The notes beneath the pieces were generated by a model. The model was not told the origin of the DNA. It ran no database searches and saw only the letters and a program-made list of their open reading frames with translations. Made by a program: the position numbers and the translations under genes. Below, piece by piece: positions 42,225-59,711 of a DNA stretch of 64,000 nucleotides. The number at the start of each line of letters is the position of its first letter. The first letter of the stretch is position 1. Origin of the DNA: the human T2T-CHM13v2.0 reference genome, Homo sapiens. The stretch lies in assembly GCF_009914755.1 (NCBI RefSeq), contig NC_060947.1, one strand, 5' to 3'.

Positions 42225-44844
42225 TCATGTGCATTTTGTTTCTTATTTTATTGATTTGCTATATGATAGATTTTCCTATGGTGAATCAGTCTTGGATCCC
42301 TGGAATAAATCCCACTTGATTATGGTGTATAATTATTTTTGTACATTGCTGAATTTGGTTCACTAGGTTTTTTTTCTAAACTTTTATCTTAGGTTTTGGT
42401 ATTCATGTGCAGGTTTGTTATACAGATAAATTGCATGTGACAGGAGTTAAATATACAGATTATTTTATCACCCAGGTAGTAAGCATGGTACCTGACAGGT
42501 AGTTTGTTGGTCCTGACCCTCCCCCGACCCACCACCCTCAAGTAGGTACCGATGGCTGTTGTCCCCTTCTTTGTGTTCTTGTGTACTCAATATTTAGCTC
42601 CCACTTATAAGTGAGAACATGTGGTATCTGGTTTTCTGTTCCTGTGTTAGCTTGCTTAGGACAATGGCGTCCAGCTCCATCCATGTTGCTGCAAAAGACA
42701 TGATCTTGTTCTTTTTTATGGCTGCATAGTATTCCATGATACCTATGTACCACATTGTTTTAATCCAGTATACTATTGATGGGTGTTTAGGTAGTTCCAT
42801 GTATTTGTTACTGTGACTAGTGCAGCAATGAACATCCATGTGCATGTGTCTTTATGGTAGAATGATTTATATTCCTTGGGACTATACCCAATAATGGGAT
42901 TGCTGGGTTGAATGGTAATTCTGTTTTAAGTTCTTTGAGAAATTGCCATTGCTTTCCACAATGGCTGAACAAATTTGCATTCCATCCATCAGTGCATAAG
43001 CATTCTGTTTTTTCCACACCCTCACCAGTATCTGTTATTTTACAACTTTTTAATAATAGACATTCTGACTAGTGTGAGATGGTATCTTATTGTTGTTTTG
43101 ATTTGCATTTTTCTAATGATTAGTGATGTTGAACATTTTTTCACATATATATTCCTTGCAGATTATGGATATTAGACCTTTGTTGGATGCATTGTTTGCA
43201 AATATTTTCTCCCATTCTGTAGGTGGCCTGTTTACTCTGTTCATAGTTTCTTTTGCTATGCAGAAGCTCTTTAGTTTAATTAGATATCATTTGCCAATTA
43301 TTTTTTTGTCATAATTGCTTTTGATTTCTCTGTTATAAAATCTTTGCCAGGTCCTATGTCCAGAATGGTCTTTCCTGGGTTATCTTCCAGTGTTTTTGTA
43401 CTTTTAGGTTTTATATTTAGGTCTTTATTCCATCTGGAGTTGATTTTTGTATATGGTGTTAGAAAGGGGTCCAGTTTCAATCTTCTGCATATGGCTAGCC
43501 AGTTATCCCAGCACTATTTATTGAATAGAGAGTCCTTTCCACATTGCTTGTTTTTGTCGACTTTGTCAATGATCAGATGGTTGTAGGTATGCGGCTTTAT
43601 TTCTGGGCTTTCTAATCCATTGCAGTGGTCAATGTGCTTGTTTTTGTACCAGTTCCACCCTATCTTGGTTACTGTGTAGCCTTGTAATATAGTTTGAAGT
43701 CGGGTAATGTGATGCATCCAGCTTTTTTCGTTTTGCCTAGGATTGCTTTGACTATTAGGGCTTTTTGGTGCCATATGAATTTTAAAATAGCTTTTCTAAT
43801 TCTGTGAGGAATGTCTTTGTTAGTTTGATGGAAATAGTATTGAGTCTGTAAATTGCTTTGGGCACTATGTTTGTTTTAACAATATTGATTCTTCCTATCC
43901 ATTAGCATGGAATGCTTTTCCATTTGTTTGTGTCATCTCTAATTTCTCTGAGCACTGTTTTGCAATTCTTGTTATAGAGGTTTTTCACCTTCCCGGTTAG
44001 ATGTTTCCCCAGATATTGTTCTCTTTTTGTGGCTATTGTGACTGGAATTGCATTCTTTATTTGGCTCCCAGCTTGGATGTCATTGGTGTATAGGAATGCT
44101 ACCAATTTTTGTACATTGATTTTGTATCCTGAAACTTTGCTTAAGTTGTTTATCAGATCAAGGAGCTTTTTGACAGAGACTATGGAGTTTTCTAGGTATA
44201 GAATCATATCACCTGCAAACAAGGACAGTTTGACTTGCTGTCATCCTATTTGGATGCCTTTTATTTCTTTCTCTTGTCTGATTGCTCTGTCCAGGATTTC
44301 CAGCACTGTTTTGAATAGCAGTGGTGAGAGAGAGAGCATTATTGTCTTGTTCCAATTTTCAAGGCAATGCATCCAGCTTTTGCTCATTCAGTATGATGTT
44401 GGCTGCGGATTTGTCATAGATGACTCATAGTTTTGAAGCAGGCTCCTTCAATGCCTAGTTTGGTGAGTGTTTCTAACATGAAGGGAAGTTTAATTTTATC
44501 AAAATCCCCTTCTGTATCTTTTGAGATACAAATGAGAATTTTATTTTCGGTTCTGTTTCTGTGACAGATCACATTTATTGGTTTGCATTTGTCGAAACAA
44601 ACTTGTATCCCAGGAATAAAGTCTATTTGATCATGGTGATTAACTTTTTTATGTGCTGCTGAATTCAGTTTGCTAGTATTTTGTTGAGAATTTTTGCATC
44701 TACTTTCATCAAGTATATTTGCATGAAGTTTTCTTTTTTTGTTGTGTCTCTGCCAGGTTTTGGTATCAGGATGATATTGGCCTCGTAGAATGAGTTAGGG
44801 AAGAGTCCCTTTTTCTCCATATTATAGAATAATTTCAGTAGGAA

Positions 44845-45505
44845 TGTTCCCAGACCAAACTGAGGTTCGGGCTGCTATTTCTTGTGGCCCAATAACAAGA
44901 TGCAGATGAACTAGGGGGGAAGAGAGTTTTTATTTCTGTAACCAGTTACAGGGACAAGGCCTGAAAAATATTGCCGGACCAACTCAAAATTACAGTCTTT
45001 CAGAGCTTATATACCTTCTAAGCTATGTGTCTACATCTAAGTGTGCATTCATTTAAAGACATAAGTGATTAACTTCTTTTAATCTATAACTAAGATCTGA
45101 GTCCTGAAGACCTTCCTCTGGAGCCTCAGTAAATTTACTTAACTTAGATGGGTCTAGCTGCTGGGGTGATTACCCTTATCTCGTCTCCTGCTAAATCATG
45201 GAGGTTTGGGGAGTTCCTTTAGTCCCCAATAAAGCTTGTTTGTGGAGGCCTGCGGAGTTTCTCCATACTCCCAATAAAACTTATTTAATCCTAAACAGGT
45301 CCTGTTAAGAATTCCGTCATTATCTTGTCATGCTTTAAGGCCCAGGAAAGGCCTAGGCAAAACTGTTGGTGGGCTTTTGTTACATTCCATCCTGAGTGGT
45401 TATTAAAAGCTGATAGGTAAAGCTTTATCGGCTTTTAATAACCACTCAGTCAGTACTGAAACAGTTGTTAGGGAGGTCTGTGTTAGTGAGACCTGGCCTG
45501 CCACA
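44845..45505 (-). mobile_element. ERV1 solo LTR (LTR15-like) inserted in L1 ORF2
   Basis: TG...CA termini; minus start TGTGGCAGGCCAGGTCTCACTAAC; perfect 4-bp TSD GGAA. Confidence 0.85.
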
Positions 45506-46420
45506 GGAATGGTACTAGCTCCTCTTTACATATCTGGTAGAAACTCACTGTGAATCTGTCTGGTTCTGGGCTTTTTCTGGTTGGAAGGCTATTTATTACT
45601 GATTCAATTTTGGACCTCATTTTGTATTTGTTCAGGGATCCAATTTCTTCCTGGTTTAGTCTTGAGAGGTTGTATGTGTCAAACAAGTTATCCATTTCTT
45701 TCAGGTTTTTTAGTTTGTGTGCATACATACACATGTTCATAATAGTCTCTGCGGGTTTTTGTATTTCTTTGGGGTCAGTGGTAATGTCCTCTTTGAAATT
45801 TCCGATTGTGTTTATCTAAATTTTCTCTTTTTTTCTTTATCTAGCTAGCAGTCTATCTGTCTTATTAATTTTTTTCAAAGAACCAACTCCTGCATTCATT
45901 AATGTTTTTTATGGTTTTTAGCATCTCAATTTCTTTCAGTTCAGCTCTGATTTTGGATATTTCTTTTCTGATAGCTTTGTGGTTGGTTTGCTCTAGTTTC
46001 TCTAGCTCCTCTAGTTGTGATGTTAGGTTGTTAAATTGAGATCTTTCTAAGTTTCTGATGTGGGTGTTTAGTGCTATAAACTTCCCTCTTAACACTGTTT
46101 TAGTTGTGTCCCAGAGATTCTAATATATTATATCTTTGTTCTCATTAGTTTCAAATAATTTCTTGATTTCTGCCTTAATTTCATTGTTTACTCCAAAGTC
46201 ATTCAGGAGCAAGTTGTTTAACTTCATGTAATTATATGGCTTTGAATGATTTTCTTAGTATTAATTTTTATTTTTATTGCACTGTGGTCCGAGAGTGTGG
46301 TTTGTGTGATTTTTTAAAATTTGCTGAGGAATGTTTTATGTCTGATCGTGTTGTCAATTTTGAGTATGTGCCATGTGCATGTATAAATATATACACCTAC
46401 TATGTACCTACAAAAATTAA

Positions 46421-46903
<483 letters not shown>

Positions 46904-47765
46904 GAGGAATTTTCATTATTATGATTATTTGCTTTTTCTTTTCTTTGACATCCTTGGGGGTTTGGTCATTGTATAAGGTGGGTTCAGTTTACTGGCTTCA
47001 TTTCTGGTACGTTTTGGTGCAGGCAAGGCTCAGCTCAGCACTCCTGGGCTGTGTGGTCTAACTCTGGAGGGCTGCTGTTGGGCAATGGCACAGTAGGGTG
47101 TATGTGCACCCTTGTGCCAGCAAGTGAAGGAAAGGCAAAGTCTACTTGCCTATGTGTGTGCCAGCAAAACAATGAGAGTGTGGCTGTGGGCAAGTGCTTG
47201 CTGGCAAAGAGACATAAGGGAGGCTGCAGTGGGGAGAGGGTGCAGTTGGGCTGGTGCCAGTAGGCCAGGGCCACGATGTTGGAGCTCTCCGACAGTCAGG
47301 TGTGGTCTTCCTGTGCAGGAGCTATGATGCGGGATCCTGCAGGCACCCCATTTGAGTATTGGAGGCTAAACTGCAAGTAGGCGTGGCCAGGGTGGGGACC
47401 CAGGAGAGGTTAGCAGACAGGAGGCGCTCAGGGTGGACTGACTGGTCTCCTGGGCAAGATTGTTCTGCTGTGTTCTGGTTTGACAGTTTCCCTAAGTCTA
47501 GAGTGTCCTGAGGAGCATGGCGAGCCTTGGGGAATGGGCGTCCCTGGCAGTACTTGGCTGCAGATGTTCCCACACCAAACCTTCTGGGCTCCACATAGGC
47601 TGGAATTCTGCCCAGCCTTAAAAATCTTTAAGCAGTTCTCGCTGCTACCTCAAGTGCCCATGGGGATCATGGGGTCTCCTGCTACCAGGATTCCAGATGT
47701 CCGTGGCGAAAGTGAATCACTCCTCACATGTTCAATGCATCCCTTTCCTAGGAGTCTGGGTTCAC

Positions 47766-47813
47766 TTTTTTGTTTTTTGTTTTGTTTTGTTTTGTTTTGT
47801 TTTGTTTTGTTTT
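47766..47813. repeat. (TTTTG)n simple repeat
   Basis: Direct reading. Confidence 0.9.
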
Positions 47814-48699
47814 GAGAATCTGTGTGTTTACATTCCAGATATTATTCTGCAGCTTCCTTTTCTTGTGTTGTCTTTGCCTGGTTCTGGTGTCAGGAAATCA
47901 TGGCCTCGTACAATGAATTAGAAAGTATTCCCTGACTCTTCTATTTTTTAAGGGGAGAATTTGTGAAGAATTGGTGTTAATTATCCTTTAAACGTTTGGT
48001 AGAATTCAACAGTGAAACTATCTGGTCCTGAACTGGCCGACTTCTCTGTGTGTGATTCTCCTGCTTTAGGAGCTGAGTGCTTAGTGGAGGTAACAAAGTG
48101 GTCAGTGGTAGTAGCTTCAGCCATTCTTTGGCCATGAAACTACTGCATTACAAGTGAAGGCAAGGCAGATTGGGACCCTAGTATTCTTCGTTGTATCTTT
48201 TCCAAGGTAGAACCTCCATCACTTGAATGGGGGCTGGGTAGAAAAGAAAGCCCTCACCTCTCAGCTGCATTTACCTGAAACTTAGCCTCGACAACAGGAA
48301 GTTAGGGGCAGGGTAAGAAATTCTGACCTTATGATCCCCTAAGAAAGATAGCACTCCCACTGGGAGTCAGGTAAAAGGGAATGTTGTGTTCTTGGCTGCT
48401 CTCATGTGTAACGGAGTTGTAGTCTTGCTGACCTGGGAGGAGAAAGGAAGGCACAGGTCTTCATACGAATACCACAGACTCTCGCTCTTTTTGTAGAATT
48501 TTAGTAGATTTTCTTGAACAAGTATATCTTCATTTGCTAGATGCTCTAAGATCATTTTCTGACGCTTTAAATGGCTGTTTTTAAATTAATATTTACCAGT
48601 TTTGCAAGGGATTACATCCATGGAACTCCTCAGATGTCATGCTGGAAGTCAGTTTTTACACTATGATTTGAATATAAAAGAATATAAAATCAGAGTTTA

Positions 48700-49540
48700 T
48701 TGGCTAGGACAGTTGTTTTTTTATAGCCTGGAGCTTAGTGTGTGAGACTTCCACAGATTGTGAAGGGGCTTGTATGTCACACTGGGAAATTTTAAAATTA
48801 TCCTTTAAGAAATGCAGCACCCATGTACTATCTAAGAATCTGAGTGATATGACCAGATTTGGGGTTTTAAAGAATAGTTCCAGAAGCTGTATGGAAGGGA
48901 AATTCAACTAAGCTAAGCCCAGATATTAAATGATTCAAGACCTTAAAACATGACTTGAAGAGTAAGAATAGATAGAGAATGAATTCAAGGGAAATATAAG
49001 AGATAGAAAGTTGAGAAATTATTGATTGGATATAGATATTGACTAGCAGAAAAGTAAAAATTTGATAATGGAACAATATTTTGTAGCTAATGTCTGATTT
49101 CAATGCTAGTGGAATACATAAGGAGAGAAACAAACTCGAAGCAGAATGTAATTACTATGGTTTTGAAGATATTGTTTTGATGTGGCTGTAGGACATCCTG
49201 TTGAAGATGCTTAGCAGGCAGCTAGAAGTATGGCTCTTGAGGTATGAGAGCATTTGAACTTGGAGATAGAAAGGTGAGAGGCATGATAAAATATGCAATA
49301 TTTGAAGTCACTGGAACAGATATTACCCAAGAAGATCACATAGAAGAGGAAGAAGATAACAGCTCCATGGGTGAAATTCTGTCACAATATACTTTCAATG
49401 ATATGATTGGAAGAAGAGAAGCCAGAAAATTCTACTGGAAGAAGATAACAAAACTGAATAGAGTAAGATAACAGCATTGCAGAACAATTGCCTGACAGAG
49501 TTTCAAGAAGGAAAGTATGGTCAGCCTTTCTATACCAAAT
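48700..49540. mobile_element. L2 remnant
   Basis: Purine-rich degenerate L2-like sequence (GGACATCCTGTTGAAGATGCTTAGCAGGCAGCT...GGAGATAGA). Confidence 0.55.
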
Positions 49541-50704
49541 TCGAAAATTCAGTGGGTTTTTATATCTCCTTCTCTAAGATGATTATTCATGTAGGGTCCT
49601 AGAGAACCTCCAACTGAGGTAAATATAAATAAGAGGAACATTCTTGACAGGAAGTATGTCCATATAATTTAAAGAAACACTATCTGACAAAAAACTGCTT
49701 ATATATAATGTAAAGAAACACTATCTGACAAAAACTGTGAATATATTTGCATCTGTTTGCCACCTGCAACTATGTGTTTAAATGTTTCTCAGGCTCCCAG
49801 ATGTTTAGGAAGCGATATCTGTCAAACATATGAAATTGAACATCCCATTCTCATTTTAAAAATATCATTTTACATAGTAATTTTCATACTAAGACACTGC
49901 ATTTCCTTCCCATGAAGAGTACAACTAACGCTAATGGTTGAATTACAGTCCAAGACAGTATGTTGTAATGCCATTTATAACTGGTGCTCTACAATCATAC
50001 CTCACAAGATAAACAGTTCTTAAATGAGTTCAGATGTTTACTACAATGCAACACGAGTTTTAAATGACTAAGTTGAGATATTTTATTTTGGAAGAATAAG
50101 AACTCTTAGTTACCAGTGGAGTGGGAAATTCTGTCAACAATAATGCTTAGAGAAGACAAACAAGTAGAATATTTAAAGATAAATCAAAAGAACACTGTTT
50201 TATTCCTGTGTTATGTTTAGGTTATGTCTCCCAAGGGTCATCTAGGTTGTCAACCTATGTGGATGGTATTAATCAGATACCTGAAAAATTCTTCCCTTAT
50301 GTTTCCTAATTTAGCTATAAACTTAATGTTAACCAAAATAAATAAATTTTATTTTTATTGAAGGCTTTTACTCTATTCATTTAGTGAATACAGCTACCTG
50401 CCTTTGATGTAAGATATAAAAATGGTTATCTTGCCATCGTTGAAGACTTTCAAATCTACAGTCTGAAGCAAAGCAGAAACTGATTCAGATTTACCAGAAC
50501 TTATAAAATTGACAAAAAGCTACACAGATATATCAGTTTTATTTTTAACTGACATGTATTTATGACATTGTACAAGAACCACTCAATGATATAAATATGC
50601 TGCCTATGATATCCATATCTGTGTTAGATATGGTCTTTTATGACTGGTATAATTCAAAGTAAAATAGACAATATTGTATAAGAAAAACACTAGTCTTAGG
50701 ATAA

Positions 50705-50900
50705 TATATTGTTGGAGCTGGGGGAATCCTTAGGGAATATCTAGCTTGCCTTCCCACTCTTATTCTTCAGAGGATGAAAATGAGATTCAGGGACATTAAG
50801 TAATATTCCCTGGCTCAGAAAATATCTTATTGTCTAAAACTAGGTTGCCATCCTTATGTTCTAAACTCTTTCTAGCCTATCCAATATTCTTTCCACTGTA
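50705..50900 (-). mobile_element. MIR-like remnant
   Basis: CAGAGGATGAAAATGAGATTCAGGGACATTAAGTAA. Confidence 0.55.
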
Positions 50901-51336
50901 CTACACTACTCTTTATGTTAAAAATCATAATAAACTTTGCTCGAAGAGCAGTAAAATAAAACTGTTACTTTGACTGATTCCTCTAGTGAATTTGAGATGA
51001 AAATATGATGATATTGAATTGAAATAAACTTAGAAAAATGACAGCTTCCCAGCCCTCTTAAGTTAGCCATGATTGCAATGAATATAATCTTGCAGCCATT
51101 TTTTTTTTTGCTGTATCCCAAGAGATAATCTAGGAAATTGGAATATTTGAAAGCAATCTGTTACACTCACATCTGTCTACCCACAGCCAATTGAATACAA
51201 TTTTTCTTGTTGATTTACTATATTTTACTAAGACTGCACTTAGCACCAGATTATGTCAGATATTCAGAAAAACTTCCTAACAAAATTCTAAAATTATTGA
51301 TAGTCATGCCACACATAGACACAGCCTAAAAGCTGT

Positions 51337-51785
51337 TGTACTAGTCTACAAGGACTGCCATAACAGTTATGAGAATTACCACATATGGGTAACAAAGTTA
51401 CCACAGACGGGGTAACTTAAATGATAGGAATTTATTTTCTTCCTGTTTCAGAAAGTGCAAGACAAGATCAAGGTGCCATTAAGTTTGGTTTCTGGTGAGG
51501 CCTTTCTTCCTGGCTTGCTGATGTCCACCGTCTTGCTGTGTGCTCACATGGCCTCTTCTCTGTGTGCATGCAGAGTGAGAGATATCTGGTGTCTCTTCCT
51601 CAGTCGTATCGAATTTGGACTTCCTCTTCTTATAAAGACACCAGTCCTATCAAATTAGGACCCCACCTTTATGATTCCATTTAACCTTAATTACCTTCCT
51701 AAAGGCCCTATTTGCAAGTCACATTGGGGGTTGGGGCTTCAAAGTATGAATTTGGGTTGGGGGGATCTATTCAGTTTATAACACC
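51337..51785 (-). mobile_element. MLT1-type MaLR solo LTR
   Basis: CTGCCATAACA...CAAGATCAAGGTG...TCTTATAAAGACACCAGTCCTAT...TTAACCTTAATTACCT. Confidence 0.8.
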
Positions 51786-52084
51786 TGTTAAGCATATACA
51801 TTTGATGTTACTTCATCACATCTTTTCACAAACTTTTAAAGTGGAATCTACCTAGAGGAAGCTGGCATATGCATATGTGTTACGAATACAGTAAATTATG
51901 ATTGAATGACAGAGGTACATTCAAACTAGCCACCACCCTTACATTTCTTACTATTTTGCTGCACTTATCCAGAGCAAAATTTAACTAACATAAAAGAATA
52001 AACATCTTTTTTCTCTGAAAACTGTTGAACCAAATGTACAATGGGTGACAATGGCAGTGAACAGGTTTTGTGTTTTTTTAAAAA

Positions 52085-55810
<3,726 letters not shown>

Positions 55811-56522
55811 AAACAAATTTACAACAAAACAAACTCAGACCTGTAACTTCTACCAATTCTAAAATTAAATGGGATTTTCCCTCCACTAAGGAAACAAAGG
55901 AAATCACTTTCTAGTGGTGCATCTCTCACTGCCGGAGACATTTCCCCCAAGCCAGTGATAGCAGGGACAAGAGACAACTACCTGTATAGCAGTAATTTTC
56001 TATTTAATACTGATCTAGATTTGCTGTATGCTGCTTTTCAAACATCTCTTCCTTGTTGGTATAGAATGACACTTTTACAATTGCATTATTAATTTTTTAA
56101 GGAAAAGAAAAGTTTGGTTCAATTTCCAGATACTCTAGTTTCTATTTCCTTCAGTTTAACCATCGTTCTTGTTTTCTTACTCGGGTTTTTTTGCTCTGTT
56201 TTTCACCACCTGCTTCACTCTGTTGCTGTTTTTGTTATGCCTTTGTTTCCTATGTACTACTCTCTTCAACTTTCCTTTATTACCTGATTCTAAACAATTT
56301 TCTCCACCGTGTCCGGTATTCGCTCATGTTTTGCTTTTCTGTTCTGGTTGAAATGCAGACCAGTAAAGAGATCAGGCTGAAAATTTATGTTTAATTAAAT
56401 TTGGGAATAGAACTTTTAATTTTGTCAACATCACCGCATTCTAAAATCTTTTTCTTTTGGAAACATGTGCCCCTACTTAGTCTTCTTTGTGTTAACATCA
56501 TGTTTTTTCTAAATGGTAATTT

Positions 56523-56816
56523 ACTTGTTTATTTATTGTATTTTATTTTATTTTTGAGATGGAGTTTTGCTCTGTTGCCCAGGCTCGACTCACTGCAACC
56601 TCAGCCTCCCAGGTTCAATTGATTCTCCTGCCTTATCCTCCTAAGTAGCTGGGATTACAGGTGCCCCCCACCACATTGGGCTAATTTTTATATTTTTAGT
56701 AGAGATGGGGTTTCACCATGTTAGCCAGTCTGGTCTCGAACTCCTGACCTCAAGTGATCTGCAAGCCTTGACCTCCCAAAGTGCTGGGATTACAGGCTTG
56801 AGCCACCCCACTGGCC
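56523..56816 (-). mobile_element. AluS with small internal deletion
   Basis: TSD CTAAATGGTAATTT (56509-56522, 56818-56831). Confidence 0.9.
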
Positions 56817-57649
56817 TCTAAATGGTAATTTTAAAATATTTATTCCATTCATTCTCAGGTATGAGTGAAAAGCAAAAATGATGAGGATAAGTGTTATCTC
56901 CTCAAGAGCATATGAACTCTCTTCCAGTAAAACACTTTTACAAAATTTTGAGAAATAGTTAAAATGTAGATTTCGTTTTCGTAAATGTAGCGCATTGTAG
57001 ATTTTATTTGTAAGTCCTAGTTCACCTGAAACTCTGAGTAAAATAACCTGAGCAGTTTGATATATAATAAGACATTAGATCAATGAGTTAGTCAAATAAT
57101 GAATTTCTCAGGCTTTGAGTTTTCCGAGTAACCCAAATGATTTTATGTACAGTGACTTTGACCTCAACTAAATTTCCAGTTTATCTAATTTCTATTAGAT
57201 GAGAAACGGATGGAGAATAACTTTGATATATAAAACATTTAAGAACAATAGAAATGTAAAATGAGGATGATACCAATCGTTCGATGATTTATAAAGTAGG
57301 AAATAATGCATAAAACTCACCTCATACATAAAAGACACTCAGTTATGGTAGACTGTTTTCTGCTTTCAAGTCAGTTTTATTTTTCACCTTGAATCCATTT
57401 TGACATAGAGTCAGCCTTATAAAACTGGAAGTGTTCTGCACTAGTTAATTGTCAGTGTTAGATTCTAAGTGGTAAATATTTGCTTTTAATATTTCTTCTC
57501 TTTTTTATGATAACTTTGTAATCTTAGTTGATGTGCCATCACCACAGGTAATTATTATTTGTATATTTAGTTCTTCAAATAAAAGAGAGAAAAAAGCCCC
57601 CCAAAACCCAAGTAGTCAAATATATCAGATTGACATTGTTCAGTTAAAA

Positions 57650-57785
57650 TGAGAAGCCACCACATTTGGCAATTGAAAGTTAATTCTCAAAGAATGAAAT
57701 ATAATTAAATGTTTGCTTGAGAAGCCACCACATTTGGCAATTGAAAGTTAATTCTCAAAGAATGAAATATAATTAAATGTTTGCT
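57650..57785. repeat. Perfect 68-bp tandem duplication
   Basis: TGAGAAGCCACC...AATGTTTGCT x2, identical copies. Confidence 0.95.
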
Positions 57786-59339
57786 TTTTTTTTTTCCACA
57801 GTAGCTCACAGGACTTATCTTCCCTCACTACTAGTGCTTACTTCATGTACTCCAGAAAGTAAGCAATTACAGTGTGTGTGCTACAAATTTGTCCGTGATA
57901 TTCAGTTTTATAATTTTAACATGGGACATTCTATGATTTTATATTAAATGGAAATAAAAAGATACTGTCCTTTTTCCTCTTTGTTTATTACAATACAGAT
58001 AAAATGGAATATATGATAAGGAAGCAGTAGGATATTAAGTTTTTTTAATAGAAGAGGATAGTTTCTATGACTTTTTAGAAAAGAAAAGAAACATTAGTTA
58101 CTATTTTTGAGAGAATAGGGTAAGAAAAAGATGATCTTTTGAAAATTAAGTATATGTATTCTGTAGAGTAAATAAGCATTGTTAGATACACTGTTGGTTT
58201 AAAATTATTTAGCATAACCAAATTTGGCATCATTGCAGTGCCAAAGAATGCCCTGGCCAGACGTGTCTATGCATTGACTTTTTCCATTGGTGGTAATGAA
58301 ACTGTTCCATGATAAATTAATTTTTCTATTTTATTTTTCTTTCACAAAACATAGTTGATTACCTTTTAAAAATGATACAGTGGAATAATTATAGCCTTTA
58401 GATAACTTGTAGGGCAAAATAGGAAATTTGAGAGACACTTAATATCACTGTAAAATAAGTTCAAGGAGGGATTTAGTATGTAGTATGAAAAAAATTTATT
58501 AGCATATGTGTTCCTTATTTAATTAAATAGATTTATTTCGGTGCCACATTCTTTCAAATTTATCAAAATGTAATAATACGATTTTTATATTAACTTACAT
58601 GTTAAAGTAAGAGATTGGTTCCCGTGGGAAAAAGGTTTTGACTAATGTACTACTCAGATTAATAATATCACTGATGTAAATACTCCATTATTTTCATAAA
58701 TATTACTACACAAGAACACATGCAAAAAGGACAAGTACCTATCTAAAATAGTTTTCCAATTGTAGAAATGGCAAGCATTTACTAAAACCTTAGAAATTTG
58801 AATGCGTTTTTATTTTTACCAGCCACAAATCATTTTTACAGTTTTAAATTTATATTCAAGTGAATGCTGTTTGAAAAGTGTCATTTTCCACTGTTTCAAC
58901 TTACTATTTTATTTTCGATCATTTTCCCTACTAGCACGAGTTCTTTTTTTAAACTATGTACCCTGAATGAGAAGAATTAACCAGGATACACGGAAGGCCT
59001 AAAATAACTAACTCCTGTTCAGGAATAGAGGCTTGCCCAGTGTGTTTTGGGGTCATGTAGACACTTAGTCTAGTACCTGAAACTATTAATAATAATTTAA
59101 TTGCTTGATTTCCCTGATGCTCTTATTTCCTATAAAATAGTCTCTTCATTAATGGCTAGATTATTATGTATTAACAATTGCCCATGTTTTCCTAGTAACA
59201 GGAGCTTTTTCATTAGTCCTAATCTGAGAAGAGCAAAGCAGTCTCAGTGACAATAGTAAAAAGCAGGGATAAAGATGACATTTCTTCAGTCTGTAATTCC
59301 ACAAAATGTGTACATTTTTTTTTTCTGTAAGAAAGAAGG

Positions 59340-59560
59340 CAGCTAACTTTTATTAAGTCCCCACTATGTAACAGGGACATTGCAATGTACTATACCTGAA
59401 GGTAGGTATTTTTAACTTTGTCTGCAGATGATAACACAGAGCCTTAGAGAAAATAGGTAACTTGGCAAAAGTCACACAGTTAGTCAATGACTGATAGAGA
59501 AGACAAACCTACATCTGGCCAAATACCTATACTCTTTCCATCATTATACACTTCTTCACA
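59340..59560 (-). mobile_element. MIR
   Basis: TGCAGATGATAACACAGAG...GGTAACTTGGCAAAAGTCACACAG. Confidence 0.65.
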
Positions 59561-59711
59561 TTAAAGAAAAGATACAATTTGTTTCTTGTGGTCCTTACAT
59601 TTGAATATCTTCTATGTAATTTTTTCTTGAACAAATTATAACTGTAAAATTTTCATGTAAATTGTACTGACACACGCCCAGTAGTGTTTGTTGTGCAGGT
59701 TTATTAAGTAC

